DNA from: Cycas panzhihuaensis
Lineage: Eukaryota; Plantae; Cycadophyta
NCBI GenBank assembly: GCA_023213395.1
Contig: CM041465.1
Coordinates: forward strand, 202,313,741 to 202,377,740
Direction of reading: 5' to 3'
DNA length: 64,000 nucleotides
Numbering within the stretch: position 1 is the stretch's first letter; every line of letters starts with the position of its first letter. A program made the translations under genes and the position numbers. The notes under the pieces were generated by a model. The model was not told the DNA's origin and made no database searches. It saw only the letters and a program-made list of their open reading frames with translations. Shown here one piece after another: positions 1 to 11,949 of the stretch.

Positions 1-164
1 GTAATCTAGTTGAGGAGGCTAATTGGTTACTTTAAACTTTTGTAGGATGATCTTATATTATTACTTTGTAACAATTAGGGTGGCATCCAACTTTCAAAGA
101 ATCTAGTCTTGCATGTTAGGATAAAGCATATGTAACTCTATCATCACTTTGTTTGGGAACAAGT

Positions 165-820
165 TATTAGATAATGTAACAACAATGTTTTGCAGGCTAA
201 AATTTTGATAGGTTTCCAGCGCAGTTTCTCCCCCAAACTTCCTTGAGGGGTTCCAAGGGGGGCGGGAGCCCCCCTTGGTTGGGGAGGTGTAGAGGGGTTG
301 AATTGCCCCCTACAAAGAGGGGGTTTAGGGGCGATGGCCCCCGACCCAAAAAGCTAGCACTGAAAAGCATACTAAATTGTAAAGAGAATCAAGGTCGTTT
401 GCTAAAAATACCTTAAATTCTATGATTAAGATTTATGCCTTGTATGACTCTAATATAACCCGATTTAGGGTGTTTTTTCATTATGTTGATGGTGTTTGAT
501 GTGTTGGATGTATTGTGAGGAGTTGGGTGGCTGGTTGTTGTTGTTGTGAGTATTCTACTATAGATTGTGTCTATTTTTCCATTCATTTTTAATAAAGATC
601 GATACCTTTCCTGTGTGGATATTTCCCTAACACACTGTTAGGGTTTTACCACATTATATTGGGTGTATATATGATGCTTGGCTTTCTTATTCATTTTATT
701 GTATTATCTCTGGTTTAAGAACTTGTATGTTAAATTTCAGTTTCAATTCCTATAACTAGTTACAAAATAGTTTAGATCTTGATGGCAGTTTTAGGTTATT
801 GGGACCTTGTTTTCTCAACA
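165..820 (+). repeat. 5' LTR of the Tork-like copia
   Basis: Direct repeat of 4861-5523; ends TTCTCAACA, directly before the PBS. Confidence 0.93.
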
Positions 821-822
821 AG

Positions 823-835
823 TGGTATTAGAGCC
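823..835 (+). promoter_or_regulatory. Primer-binding site (tRNA-iMet type)
   Basis: TGGTATTAGAGCC, one change from the canonical TGGTATCAGAGC(C), 2 bp after the LTR end. Confidence 0.9.
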
Positions 836-894
836 ATTTTTATTTTGCAATGAGTTTGTAAATGTTTTAGTGTCGACTTTTTCTACACCAAATA

Positions 895-3800
895 GTGAAA
901 TTGGCAAATGCAAAGTTTGAGGTGGAGAAATTCAATCGTAAGAACAACTTCGAGTTGTGGAAGTTGAAAGCGTATGATGTTCTAGTACAACAAGGTTTGT
1001 ACAAAGCTCTTGCAGGCAAATCGAAGAAACCCACAAGGATGGACAATGACAAATGGGATGATCTAGACAAAAGGGATCTTAGCATAATACGATTGTGCTT
1101 GGCAGTTGAAGTTCTATTTAACATCGCAAGGGAGCATACAGTAGTAGGATTATGGACCCGATTGGAAGGCTTGTATATGACCAAATCAATGATAAATCAA
1201 ATCTACTTAAAGAGGCAATTGTACTCATTACGAATGAAGGTACAAAAATTACTGATCATTTAAATATTTTGAATACTCTTATTTATTAGTTAGCTAGTAT
1301 TGACATCACAATTGAGGATGAGGACAAGGCTATTACCTTGTTATGTTCATTACGAGAATCCTAGGATAATATTGTCACCTCAATTAATTTCAGAACTATA
1401 GATGAATTAGACTATGATTCTATTGTGAGTTCTTTGTTGATGGAAGAAGTGGGGAGAAAGTCTAGTCTTGAAACCTCCATACTAGAAGCTATGACAGTAA
1501 GAGGTAGAATAATTGAGAGAGGATAAAGCTCAAGGGACACATCAAGGTCAAACTTAAAAGGCAAGAAGAGTAAACTCAGATGTTGCCATTGTAATAAGAT
1601 AGGTCACCTCAAGAAGAATTACTACAAAAGGAAGGAGTTCCAGAAAAAGGAAGATCCTATCAAGGAGGCTAATCAGGTGGAGTCAAATCAAGGTACAGAT
1701 GGTGATGTCTTGGTTGCTTGTAATGTTTCCCATTATCACCATGATTGGTTATTAGATTCTGTTGCTTCACACCACATGTGTCCATACAAGAGTTGGTTTT
1801 CATCATACCAACTTCTTGATGGTGGTGATGTGCTTATGGGAAATGAAGTTTCTTGTAAGATAGTATGCATTAGTAGCATCAGAATTAAAATATTTGATGG
1901 GATAGTAAGAACATTAACTAAAGTTAGATATGTACCTAATCTGAAAAGGAATCTAATTTTCTTGGGTGAACTAGATTCTAGTGGTCATAAGTACATTAGT
2001 CATGAAGGAGTCTTAAAGGTATCAAAGGGCGCCTTGGTTGTTATGAAAGCCTTAAAGAAAATAAACCTTTACATTTTAGTGGGAAGTTCAGATGTCAACT
2101 ATGTAATTATAATATCAAATACTATAGAAGATCTAGCTTAGTTATAGTTTTAGAGACTTGGGCACATGAGTAAGAGATGACTTAAGGTGATGATGAACCA
2201 TAAGTTACTTCCTAACTTACAACTTTTAGATTTGGCATTTTGTAAACATTATATTTTTGGAAAGTAGTGTAGACTCAAGTTTAAAGTAGGGAGTCACACT
2301 AGTAAAGGTGTTTTGGATTACGTACATTCAGATGTATGGGGACCAGCCCCTACAATATCTTATAGACAATCATTGTACTTTATCACATTTATAGATGATT
2401 ATTCCAGAAAGGTATGGGTCTATTTTCTGAAAAGGAAATCTAAAGTTTTCAATGTGTTTAAGCAGTTCAAGGCTCTAGTTGAGAACAACATTAGCAAGTC
2501 AATCAAATGTTTAAGAACTGACAATGGAGGTGAGTTCAACTCCTTGGAGTTTAAGAACTATTACATAGAAGCTGGGATTGAAAGGCATAAGACCACTAAC
2601 TATACTCTACAGTAGAATGGCATAGTTGAGTGCATGAATAAGACACTATTGGAAAGAGCAAGAAGCATGCTAAGTAATGTAAGAGTGGAGCAGGGCTTAT
2701 AGATAGAAGTTGTTCAAATAATTTGCTATTTGGTAAACAGGTTACCATCTCTTGTAATTGATTATAAGATTCTGAAGAGGTATGGACTAGACATCCATAT
2801 GAGTATTCAAATTTGAAAGTTTTTTATTGTGGTGCTTATGCCTTGACTGATAAAAGTCAGCGTTCAAAGTTAGACCCAAAATCTAAGAGATATATCTTTG
2901 TTGATTATGGTGATAGAGATGGTGTGAAGGGATATAGGTTATGGGATCCTACTACCCACAAAATCACTATTAGCATAGATGTTATATTTGATAAATCTCT
3001 TTTTCTAAAATCAAACAGTGTAGAAGTTGAAGTGAAATAGGAGCAAAAAGTTGAACATCAACAGGTCAAGTTTGAAACCTAACTATCTTTGGAAATAGAA
3101 GAACAGGAAGATCTTTCTAAAGATGAATCTGCACTAGATTTATAGGAGTATGTGGACACTCCTCTACCAACTGTTAGAAGATCTACACGAGTTAGTCATC
3201 TACCTAACAGGCACAATCCTTCTATTTCTATTATTTTGGTTTCTAATGATGGTGAGCCTACATGTTATCACGAAGCAATAGATGATATCCATAGTGAGAA
3301 GTGGAAGAGGGCTATGCAGGAAGAGATAGATTCTTTGAAGAAAAATAATTCATGGGACTTGGTAGAACTTCCACATGGCAGGAAGACTATTGGTTGCAGG
3401 TGGGTTTTCAAGAAGAAAATGGATGTTGATGGAAAGCTTGACAAATACAGGGCAAGACTGGTGGCTAAAGGCTTTGCACAGAAAGCAAGTATTTATTTTC
3501 ATGAGATCTTTTTACCAGCTATCAAACTTGTTTCAATTCGAGTTTTGTTAGCATTAGTAACTTCTCTTGATTTGGAGTTGGAGCAGTTAGATATAAAAAT
3601 AACATTTCTACATAGAGATTTAGATGAGGAGATCTATATGGATCAGCTAGAAGAGTTTGTATAGGATGGTAGAAAAAGACTTGTTTGCAGGCTCAAGAAA
3701 TCATTGTATGGCCTAAAGCAATCACCTAGGCAATGGTATAAGAAATTGGATGCCTTCATGAAGAGCCAAAATTTTAAAATAAGTGAGTATGATCATTGTA

Positions 3801-4840
3801 CTTACTTTAAATTCTTAGATAATGGCTTATTCATTATCTTGGTATTGTATGTTGATGACATGTTGGTTGCAAGCAAGAGCATGGCAGAAATCAATAAGTT
3901 AAAGGCTCAATTGGTTAAGACTTTTGATATGAAGGATCTAGGAGTTGCAAAATAAATCTTAAGTATGGAGATATATAGAGATAGGAAAAATGGTAAGCTA
4001 TGGTTATCACAACATAAATATGTAGAGAAGGTGCTAACTAGGTTTGGTATGGCAAATATAAAACCAGTGAGTATCATATTGGCTTCCCATTTCAAGCTTT
4101 CTTCGAGTATAAATCCTAGTAATGAAGAAGAAAGGGATTATATGTATCGTATGCCTTATACCAATGCAGTAGTAACTTTGATGTATGCCATGGTATTTAT
4201 AAGACATGACATTTCACATGTAGTCGGTGTAGTTAATAGGTTTATGGCGAATCCAGGAAAGGAATATTGGGCAGCAGTGAAATGGGTGCTTCGATATTTG
4301 AGAGGTATAAGTGACTATTGTATCACCTTTGGAGATACAGGTAATTAGGTTCGTGGATATGTTGATTTAGACTTTATAAGAAATTTAGATAACAGAAGGT
4401 CTACTTCAGGTTATGTATTCACTCTTGTAAATGGTTCAATTAGTTGGATGTTAAAATTGTAGAGCACAATTGTATTATCGGCTACAAAAGCTGAATATAT
4501 TATTGTAGCACATGCTTGTAAAGAAGTAATATGGTTAGAGGGTCTATTGGTTGAGCTTAGAAGGAAAAAGGAAAAGGTAAAGGTATTTTGTGACAGTCAG
4601 AGTACTATTTACTTAGCAAAGAATCCAACTTATCATAGTAGGACAAAGCATATTGCTCTTAAGTACCATTTTGTTAGACAGGTTGTGGAAGTAGGTGGAG
4701 TGGCACTTGAGAAGGTTAATACAAAACAGAATTGTGTTGATATGTTCACAAAACCAGTACTATTAGAGAAGTTCAAATGGTGTTTGACTTCTCTTGGCTT
4801 GCAGAAAGGTGATGAATGGTCTAGGAAATGTATGAGATAA
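895..4840 (+). pseudogene. Disrupted copia gag-pol polyprotein
   Basis: gag KFEVEKFNRKNNFELWK; PR WLLDSVASHHMC; INT YVHSDVWGP...LRTDNGGEF; RT YGLKQSPRQWY...LYVDDML; RH CDSQSTIYLAKNPTYHSRTKHI. Many stops and frameshifts. Confidence 0.93.
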
Positions 4841-4860
4841 ATTGTTATCAAGGTGGAGAT

Positions 4861-5523
4861 TATTAAATAATATAACAACAATGTTTTGGAGGCTAAAATT
4901 TTGACAAGTTGGCAGCGCGATTTCCCCTTCAAACTTCCTTAGGGGATTCCAAGGGGGGACGGGAGCCCCCCTTGATCGGGGGGGGGGATGTGAGGAAGGG
5001 GGTTCGGGGGCCACAAAGATGGAGTTCAGGTGCGATAGCCTCCCATCCAAAAAGCTAGCATTGAAAAGCATACTAAATTGTAAAGAGAATTAAGATCGTT
5101 CGCTAAAAATACCCTACATTCTATGGTCGAAATTTGTGCCTTATATGACTCTCTCATATAGCCTAATTTAGGGTGTTTTTTCATTATGTTAATGGTGTTC
5201 GATATACTGGATGTACTGTGAGGAGTTTGGTGGCTGGTTGTTGTTGTTATGAGCATTCTACTACAGATTGTGTACATTTCTCCATTCATTGATAATAAAG
5301 ATCGATATCTTTCCTATGTGGATGTTTCTCTAGCACATTGCTAGGGTTTTACCATGTTATATTGGGTGTATACGTGGTGCTTGGCTTTCTTATTCATTTT
5401 ATTATATTATCTTTAGTTTAAGAACTTGCATGTTAAATTTTAGTTTTGATTCCTGTAACTAGTTGCAAAATAGTTTAGATCTTGGTGGTGGTTTCAGGTT
5501 ATTGGGATCTTGTTTTCTTAACA
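4861..5523 (+). repeat. 3' LTR of the Tork-like copia
   Basis: Direct repeat of 165-820, preceded by the PPT and followed by the TSD copy CAGGT. Confidence 0.93.
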
Positions 5524-6069
5524 CAGGTGCAATACAAAGTAGTTGAATTAGTCTATTATCTAACTAAGGATCAACTTGATGACATTCTTACTAAGACATT
5601 GAGTCATGAGAAGTTTGAGGGGTTCAAAACTTTTATTTGTGACAGATAATGAATTATACATTATAAGGGGTGTTAAAAATAATGTATAATACTTTTTCAT
5701 TCTTTTCGCTAAGTTAATGAGTAAGTCACATTAGGCAGGTTCTCTTGAGAGTTGTATTTCTATATTTATCTCTCATATATAAAAGCATACATGAGTTGTA
5801 CCTTGATGTTTTCTTACTTTCTACTTTATTCTTTTGCTTGTACTCTCATTAGTAATGAGGAGTGATCTGGCTCTCATTATTCAATGAATTGATTGATTGA
5901 TATAAGGAGAGTAGACTAAGAGATTATTATATTCTTTTGTGATCTAATGTGAGATTATTTCGTGTATATCATTGTGCAATTATGATCTTGTTTTGCTCTT
6001 ATATTCTTACCCTTGCCACTCGTATTTCCAACAATAAGTTGACTAATTAGGAAACACTATTTGACATCT

Positions 6070-6610
6070 CTTGTAATCAAAACCATGAATGTTTTTAGCT
6101 CAATCCATCTAAATATATCAAACATGTCTTAAAGACAACCTAATTGTAATTATACATGTATCTAACAAAGGTGGATATAAGCAATAATCTTGTCTCATCA
6201 CAACTAGCCACCTAACATAGAGCATGTCACCACATAATCATTACATTATATCTTGTATGTCACATTGCTAAATATATCTCCATGCAATTAAATCTTCTAT
6301 TTCTTTGAAGCTATTATTCTTACTCCATATAGAACCCTTATGAGGCACCTTGTAATGGTTACCACATCTAGTCATATGTCATAACAAGAATAATGCAATA
6401 AAGGGTTGCTCTCCTCATAGACCCACATTACCTGATTTTAATCATGCTCGATGAGTCTTACTACTAGTTATTCTCTACTTGTCAATTACATGATGATTTT
6501 ATGTAATCTTGTAACCAAAGTAACCATACTCAGGTAACCAACCAAATTTATATGTAATTACAAAAGCTCATCATACCACATACATATTCACAAGCATGAC
6601 CATCCATTAT
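6070..6610. repeat. Diverged dispersed repeat; second copy at about 16230-16790
   Basis: Shared blocks in the same order in both places: CCATCTAAA, TAACAAGAATAATG, TTCTCTACTTG, AAGTAACCAT, CATACCA, ACCATCCAT. Confidence 0.55.
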
Positions 6611-6979
6611 ATATAATCTTACTAAATATGGCCATTATTGTTTTGATTTCATTAATACAAGTATTATTATTAAATCTTAAATTTTTTTCCTTCCTACAAG
6701 AGTAACACTTCATTTTTATAAACAAGTATATGAGCATAAAACCACCTTTACTTGGAAAAGTAACTTGATCCACTTCTTCTTCTCAAACCATGGTCAATTA
6801 TGAAAGATGACTTAAGCACATAAAATTATTTTATAAAAAAAAACATGTACATGCATATCTAAAGTGACTTGTGCTTTTATATATGCACATCTAGTAAATA
6901 AATCATATGCATATCTTACTCAGCTTAGCACGTGTTCATCCACACAAATGTAGAATGTATTTTAATATATGAGCAAAAG

Positions 6980-6980
<1 letters not shown>

Positions 6981-7014
<34 letters not shown>
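6981..7014. repeat. (CA)n microsatellite
   Basis: Uninterrupted CA run. Confidence 0.95.
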
Positions 7015-7018
<4 letters not shown>

Positions 7019-8793
7019 ATTGTAGTTTCACACTAAACACTAGATCTTATCTAACCTAGCATACATAATGTTTCATTCCACATGATCTTTGTGTTGTGCC
7101 CATTTATCTTTTGAACAAGGGATACAAATACTCTACTCATATTAACATCAATGCATTATCTACATATTAACCTTCACTAAGGTGTTAATCACTATAAGTT
7201 TCTCGCATCAATCAATAATGGTTAGTAATAGATAAAAATAACCAATGTAAGTTAATTAATCATTATATTATCTATATAATTAATCACATACCATATATCC
7301 ATTATAAATAAGATTCATACTAAACATTGATTCCATCATTTTTTATGTATAGAAAGATAAAGAAAAGCGTAACGTTTTAGATATTAAAATAGTTACCTAG
7401 AAACAAATAATTATGTAGTGTTAAAATATTCCTTAAATTAATCAATAAATGTATAGTATGGTGTAGGACACCAAAGTATAGGCTAATTCTCCCCTTGTTA
7501 CTTTAGAACTATGCTTAGTGTTATGTAAGACCTTACATTAGATAAATGGAGAGAAGTATTATGTATATGCTTCTATGTTTCTTGCATCATGTTTTCTTTA
7601 TTATAATGTTTCCATTGAACTAATACTGTTATATATCAAATTTTGAACCTACAATCTTAATGAGTTAATATCATCATAGTTTGGGATTAATATTATATTC
7701 TTAATATTGTTTGCAGTAGCATCTAGTCAAGCACATGACTAAAGTTTGGTCTATATATCTTTAACATTAAGATGTTAAAACATATTATCTAATCTAGGCT
7801 ATATGGATGAAGCAAGCTCATATGTATGACAACGTTCTTCAAACTCTCAAAAGCTCAAGAATATTTTGGTGACAATTCCCATTACTTTCCCAAGTTCGAA
7901 GTAATATGATTAAGCCTAAATCTCATAATTATTGAATTGCTTATGTTGAATTCATGTGCTTGATGCTTAACATATACATAACACTTATTTATATTTTGTG
8001 TCACATTGAAGTGTCTCTTATCAATTTAATTAGATTTTCCATTTTCCACACCCATGCAGTTCCAATCACTATTATGTCTTCTATCATATGCCAATACAAT
8101 AATGATGTACATTCTTTCCTATATAATAATGCTTTATATGGGTTTATACTAAGTGACAATTGGAAACTAGTTGTGAACAAATTTTAAAGTATAATTAATT
8201 TTTCTACTTATATGGTTGATTGATCATATACATGTATAACATATTTTATAACATCTAATTTATTGTTTGTATTTGACTATTAGGCTTATGGGGTTTGATG
8301 ATATTAAAATTTAGTTGGCCTTTAAAGAAACTTATGATATACTACTAAATTCTTGAAGCAAACTTTGTATCTCTATTAAACAATATGCTCTTAGGTACTC
8401 CATGTAAATAATTTTTTATATAAAAATTTTAACAGCTTGTTTTGCCTTAATTCTTTTAGAAAGTGATACAAGATGTGTGGTATTATTCATCTACTACTAC
8501 CAGAATTACATTAAAGATTGTTGTAATGTTTTACTACTTCCCATAAGGGATATCCAATGGTTGTAACAAACTTGCAAGGTGTCAGTATTTAGTTTTCTCT
8601 CACTAACATTGTGAATATGATCACCTAAGCTACAATGTCTTTTAGTCCTTCTAAAAATTAATGTTAGTCAATACGTTTTAATATATTTTGGAATCTCCAA
8701 CATCTTTCTTAATATATGGCATAAACATCATATAAAATATAGTTCTTTAAGTCTCTTATAGATATATGTAAAGTCATGTATGCATGAAGAGAA

Positions 8794-9146
8794 TGTCAGA
8801 AATAATATTTAATTTTGGGTTAATGTTAAGGTGTTCTCCAACTCTATCATGTAATATTAAATTATGTCATAAAGGTGTATGCATGTGGACACGTGTTTAT
8901 ATAATATCCTAGTGGTGGACATATTGGTTCTTACATGTAATTGGACAACTATGAGGTGACTATGCATTAGAAGTATGTATTCATATCTAATGCAATAATT
9001 GGATATGATCATTTCTCACAAGCCTTATTGTTTTATATATTTATACATACTTTATTACTTCATTCGTTTATCGTTTACATCTTTTATCACCTCATGCATA
9101 TATGTTTTATTGTGTATTCATATGTCCAACAATGCCATTTGCAATA
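8794..9146 (+). repeat. 5' LTR of the non-autonomous element
   Basis: TGTCAGAAAT...TTGCAATA; collinear with 11347-11699. Confidence 0.9.
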
Positions 9147-9973
9147 TAGTACCAGAGTAAGATAGTGTAATCATGCAAGGTAAAGCAAATCAAAGTGGCT
9201 TAGGACAAGGATTTTAAAGAGGTTCAGTATAAAAATTATGCTGAAAAAATGTGACCAAATAATGGGGCAAGATGAAGCCACATGTGGGAAGAGCTTTGAA
9301 ATTGATTATAATATTTATTTCTTGTTTATTGTAGACATTTATTAAAATTCATGTGGAGCTCTTGTATGAAGCATATAGATATTATTTTAAAGTGTGTATA
9401 CAAGTTCATTGCTCAAACAAGACTGATCGCCTTATACATATCAATATTTTGTCAATACCAATGAAAAACAAAAAATAGGCAATAAATTGTTATGTTTTGT
9501 GGTAACAAAAATAAAACTTGTTGATAGGGCAATGTTGCAACAAAAAGGTGTCTCCAGCATATGTATACGTTGTGACACTTTGCAATGGTCGTTGGAATGT
9601 CTTGGATATGCACAAAATAATTTTGTTTGAAGGCTGCTAAATTTGTAACATCTGGGGCAACATTCAGTTGTGAGACGAAAGAATGAAGAGTTTGAGGGTA
9701 TGTGGATGAAGCACGAATAACGCAGTTTCTGAATAAAAAGACCGATAGCTTGTCGAGGGCATAAAATATGAGAATAACTAGGATCTGTGAATGGTGAAAT
9801 GAGATCCATAGCCTAAACCATCAGAGTTCACTACTTGTTGAGAGTAGATGAGTTATAGAAGATAAAAGAACACACAGTCTTCACAAATTGCAGACCGCAG
9901 ACAACCACGAAAGAAAAACGCAGAGCGAAGTTCTTTATGTGAAGCACATGTAGGATATTGTTCGTTGGAGAAA

Positions 9974-10358
9974 TCAAACCTCAAAGAGAGGCATCCATGA
10001 AAGATCTGAAGAATTGGTGGCAGTTGGTTGATCTTGAGAATGGCATAAAGACATGGTTCTATTGCAGAGGACCGCGGAGAGAACTTCACAGTGCCGATAT
10101 TTATCTAAGCCCTTCAGTCATCGATGTAACAAAGGGTTTTCGCCGCCCTACCTTTGTGGACAGTGCGTTCGCCATTGCTTGAATGGTGCCTTTATGTCTT
10201 GCGGCTCAACGTCCATGTCTGAGAAACATAACTTAAACACACAATGATGGCCACAGTCTGTGTATAATCTGTTGTTCTGTGATGAGTTCCCAATCATTAC
10301 CTTGGCCTCGATAGACCCAGAAATCATTGCCGCAAACGAAACCGCATTCTAACGCCAT
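9974..10358 (-). CDS. Candidate small spliced gene of unknown function (exons 10358-10301, 10218-10152, 10058-9974); alternatively an unspliced 41-aa ORF at 10358-10233
   Basis: cagATGGCG start context; GT-AG introns of 82 and 93 nt keep the frame open; CpG-rich. No protein family was recognised. Confidence 0.3.
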
Positions 10359-11346
10359 CTGAAATATTCAGAAATCGAGGATGGAAGAAGAAATATCCTA
10401 CCTTGCCGGACTTTATGAACTTAATGTTTGTGAGATTAAAGTGGATAAAGCCCGAAGTCATAATCAGTGGTCACATGACTTATTTATTAAATTTTGGATA
10501 TAATTTTGATTTTTTTAATATAATATCGACATTTTTTGGGATATAATATGTCTATTTGAAGTTGGAATTCAATGTTATCAATTGTATTAGAAAGAAGAAT
10601 TAGAGATAAATGTATTGACTCGTCAATGACATATTTAGGAGTTTACATAATAGAAAATTGTTAATTTAAAAAGATTAAAATATTTTATAAAAAGGTTATT
10701 TAATAAATTTCATAAGTCACATCTTATATTTGTTCATTAGTTCTTGCCACTTGTAAATTATATGGCAATTGTATGATTTTTTTTTTTTTTTGAGTAGATA
10801 AGTAGGTTGTATGGCATCTTGGAGGAGTTATTTATGAAGGTTTCAAGGATTATTAGAAACGTTAGAGAGCTTAGAGTTTCATACTCTTAAGTGATGATAG
10901 CGAAAAGTTCGAAGAGACAAATGTTGGAAACTTCAAGTAGAATTACTTCTTGATGAACTTGGAGGGACCACATATAGAGGGTTCAAAAAGGGAAGTAGTT
11001 GTGTTTTGCTATTCAACACATTTGGATGACTAGCTAGTTCAACATGTTGTTGTAGAATGGTGTTGACAAATGCTAGTAGAACCATGTACCTAAAAGAGGT
11101 TCTTATAGAATTAGTAGTTACAACGACTAGTTATCCATGTTGTCTAACTAATAGAGTTTTCTTTATACAAATGTCAACAAGAATTTAATTGGTTTAATAA
11201 CTTGAAGATACAACTTATACAAAGTGAAGATGTTCTCCATTTGATCTAATATATTTTGAAAAATGAGGCAGTTGTATGCTTGCCATAGTAAATTTTAAGA
11301 TAAAGGAAATAATATATTTTGATGTGACATTAAATATTGTGGGGGG

Positions 11347-11699
11347 TGTTAGAAGTAATGTTTAATGTTGGGTTAATATTAAGGAGTCTCCCAACTCTCT
11401 CATGTAATATTAAATTGTGTCATGAAGGTGTGTGCATGTGCATACATATCTATGTAATATCCTAATGGTGGACATAACGATTCACATATGTGATTGGACA
11501 ACTATGATATGACTATGTACTATAAATATATATTCATACTTAATACTATAATTGGAGATGATCATTTCCTACAAGCCTTATTGTCTTATGTATTTGTACA
11601 TATTTTATTATGTCATTTGTTTATTATTTACATCTTTTATCACCTTATATATGTGTGTTTTATTATGTATTCATATATCCAATAGTGTCATTTTCAACA
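11347..11699 (+). repeat. 3' LTR of the non-autonomous element
   Basis: TGTTAGAAGT...TTTCAACA, followed by the TSD GAGAA. Confidence 0.9.
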
Positions 11700-11949
11700 G
11701 AGAAGTCCATCATTAAAAATAACATGATCTCCAAATTTGCTAATTGGAGGTTTGGCCACGTTTGAGTCAAATGTTCAAACATTCTCTCTTGTCTTGAGTT
11801 CTTTTTAAATCCACAAGAAATAATTATCATGCACATGTATCATTTAGTTTGCATATAAATAAAACATATGATATTACAATTGTATGGAAGTTACATGTTT
11901 CATATAATTGAAGGCATCCACAACCTTGTTGTTTTTACCCTTGATATAA

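Larger units (their letters stand above)
165..5523 (+). mobile_element. Full-length degenerate Ty1/copia LTR retrotransposon, Tork/Tnt1-like
   Basis: Paired LTRs at 165-820 and 4861-5523; PBS TGGTATTAGAGCC at 823-835; PPT CAAGGTGGAGAT before 4861; TSD CAAGT/CAGGT (1 mismatch); domain order gag-PR-INT-RT-RH. Confidence 0.95.
1..6033 (+). mobile_element. 3' end of an older Ty1/copia element (RNase H C-terminus, PPT, 3' LTR about 5671-6033), split by the nested element at 165-5523
   Basis: Bases 98-164 translate as KNLVLHVRIKHM*LYHHFVWEQV. The frame resumes after 5528 as QYKVVELVYYLTKDQLDDILTKTLSHEKF, the copia RH terminus. This is followed by the purine tract TTATAAGGGG, then TGTTAAAAAT... ending at TTTCCAACA (6033). 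Confidence 0.8.
8794..11699 (+). mobile_element. Non-autonomous, copia-derived 2.9-kb LTR element with foreign internal sequence
   Basis: 353-bp LTRs at 8794-9146 and 11347-11699, about 80% identical by eye; perfect TSD GAGAA; PBS-like TAGTACCAGAG at 9147-9157; PPT TGTGGGGGG before 11347; no intact gag or pol, only faint RT-like remnants near 9290-9425. Confidence 0.9.

Noticed and set aside
867-5289. ORFs antisense to copia pol or lying in the LTR (867-1184, 3907-4095, 4633-5289)
   Set aside because: Shadow frames with no independent coding signal.
9958-10247. Plus-strand ORFs of 74 and 64 aa in the island
   Set aside because: No recognisable motifs; promoter-like, leader and splice signals favour the minus strand. 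Not fully excluded.
10195-10365. Partial resemblance to U14 snoRNA (TGTTTCTCAGACAT), miR171 (TTGAGCCGC), miR395 (GGGAACTC), and a C/D box pair (TGATGA at 10280, CTGA at 10359)
   Set aside because: Matches are only 8-14 nt. The U14 domains CATTCGCA and CCTTGGATGTCTGA are absent, and I could not assign an rRNA target to any guide.
9430-10790. Island as telomerase RNA, RNase MRP or a Helitron insertion
   Set aside because: No CTAAACCCT template, no GGAAAGTCCCCGG motif and no USE element were seen. The small hairpin at 10744-10768 is not followed by a CTRR end.
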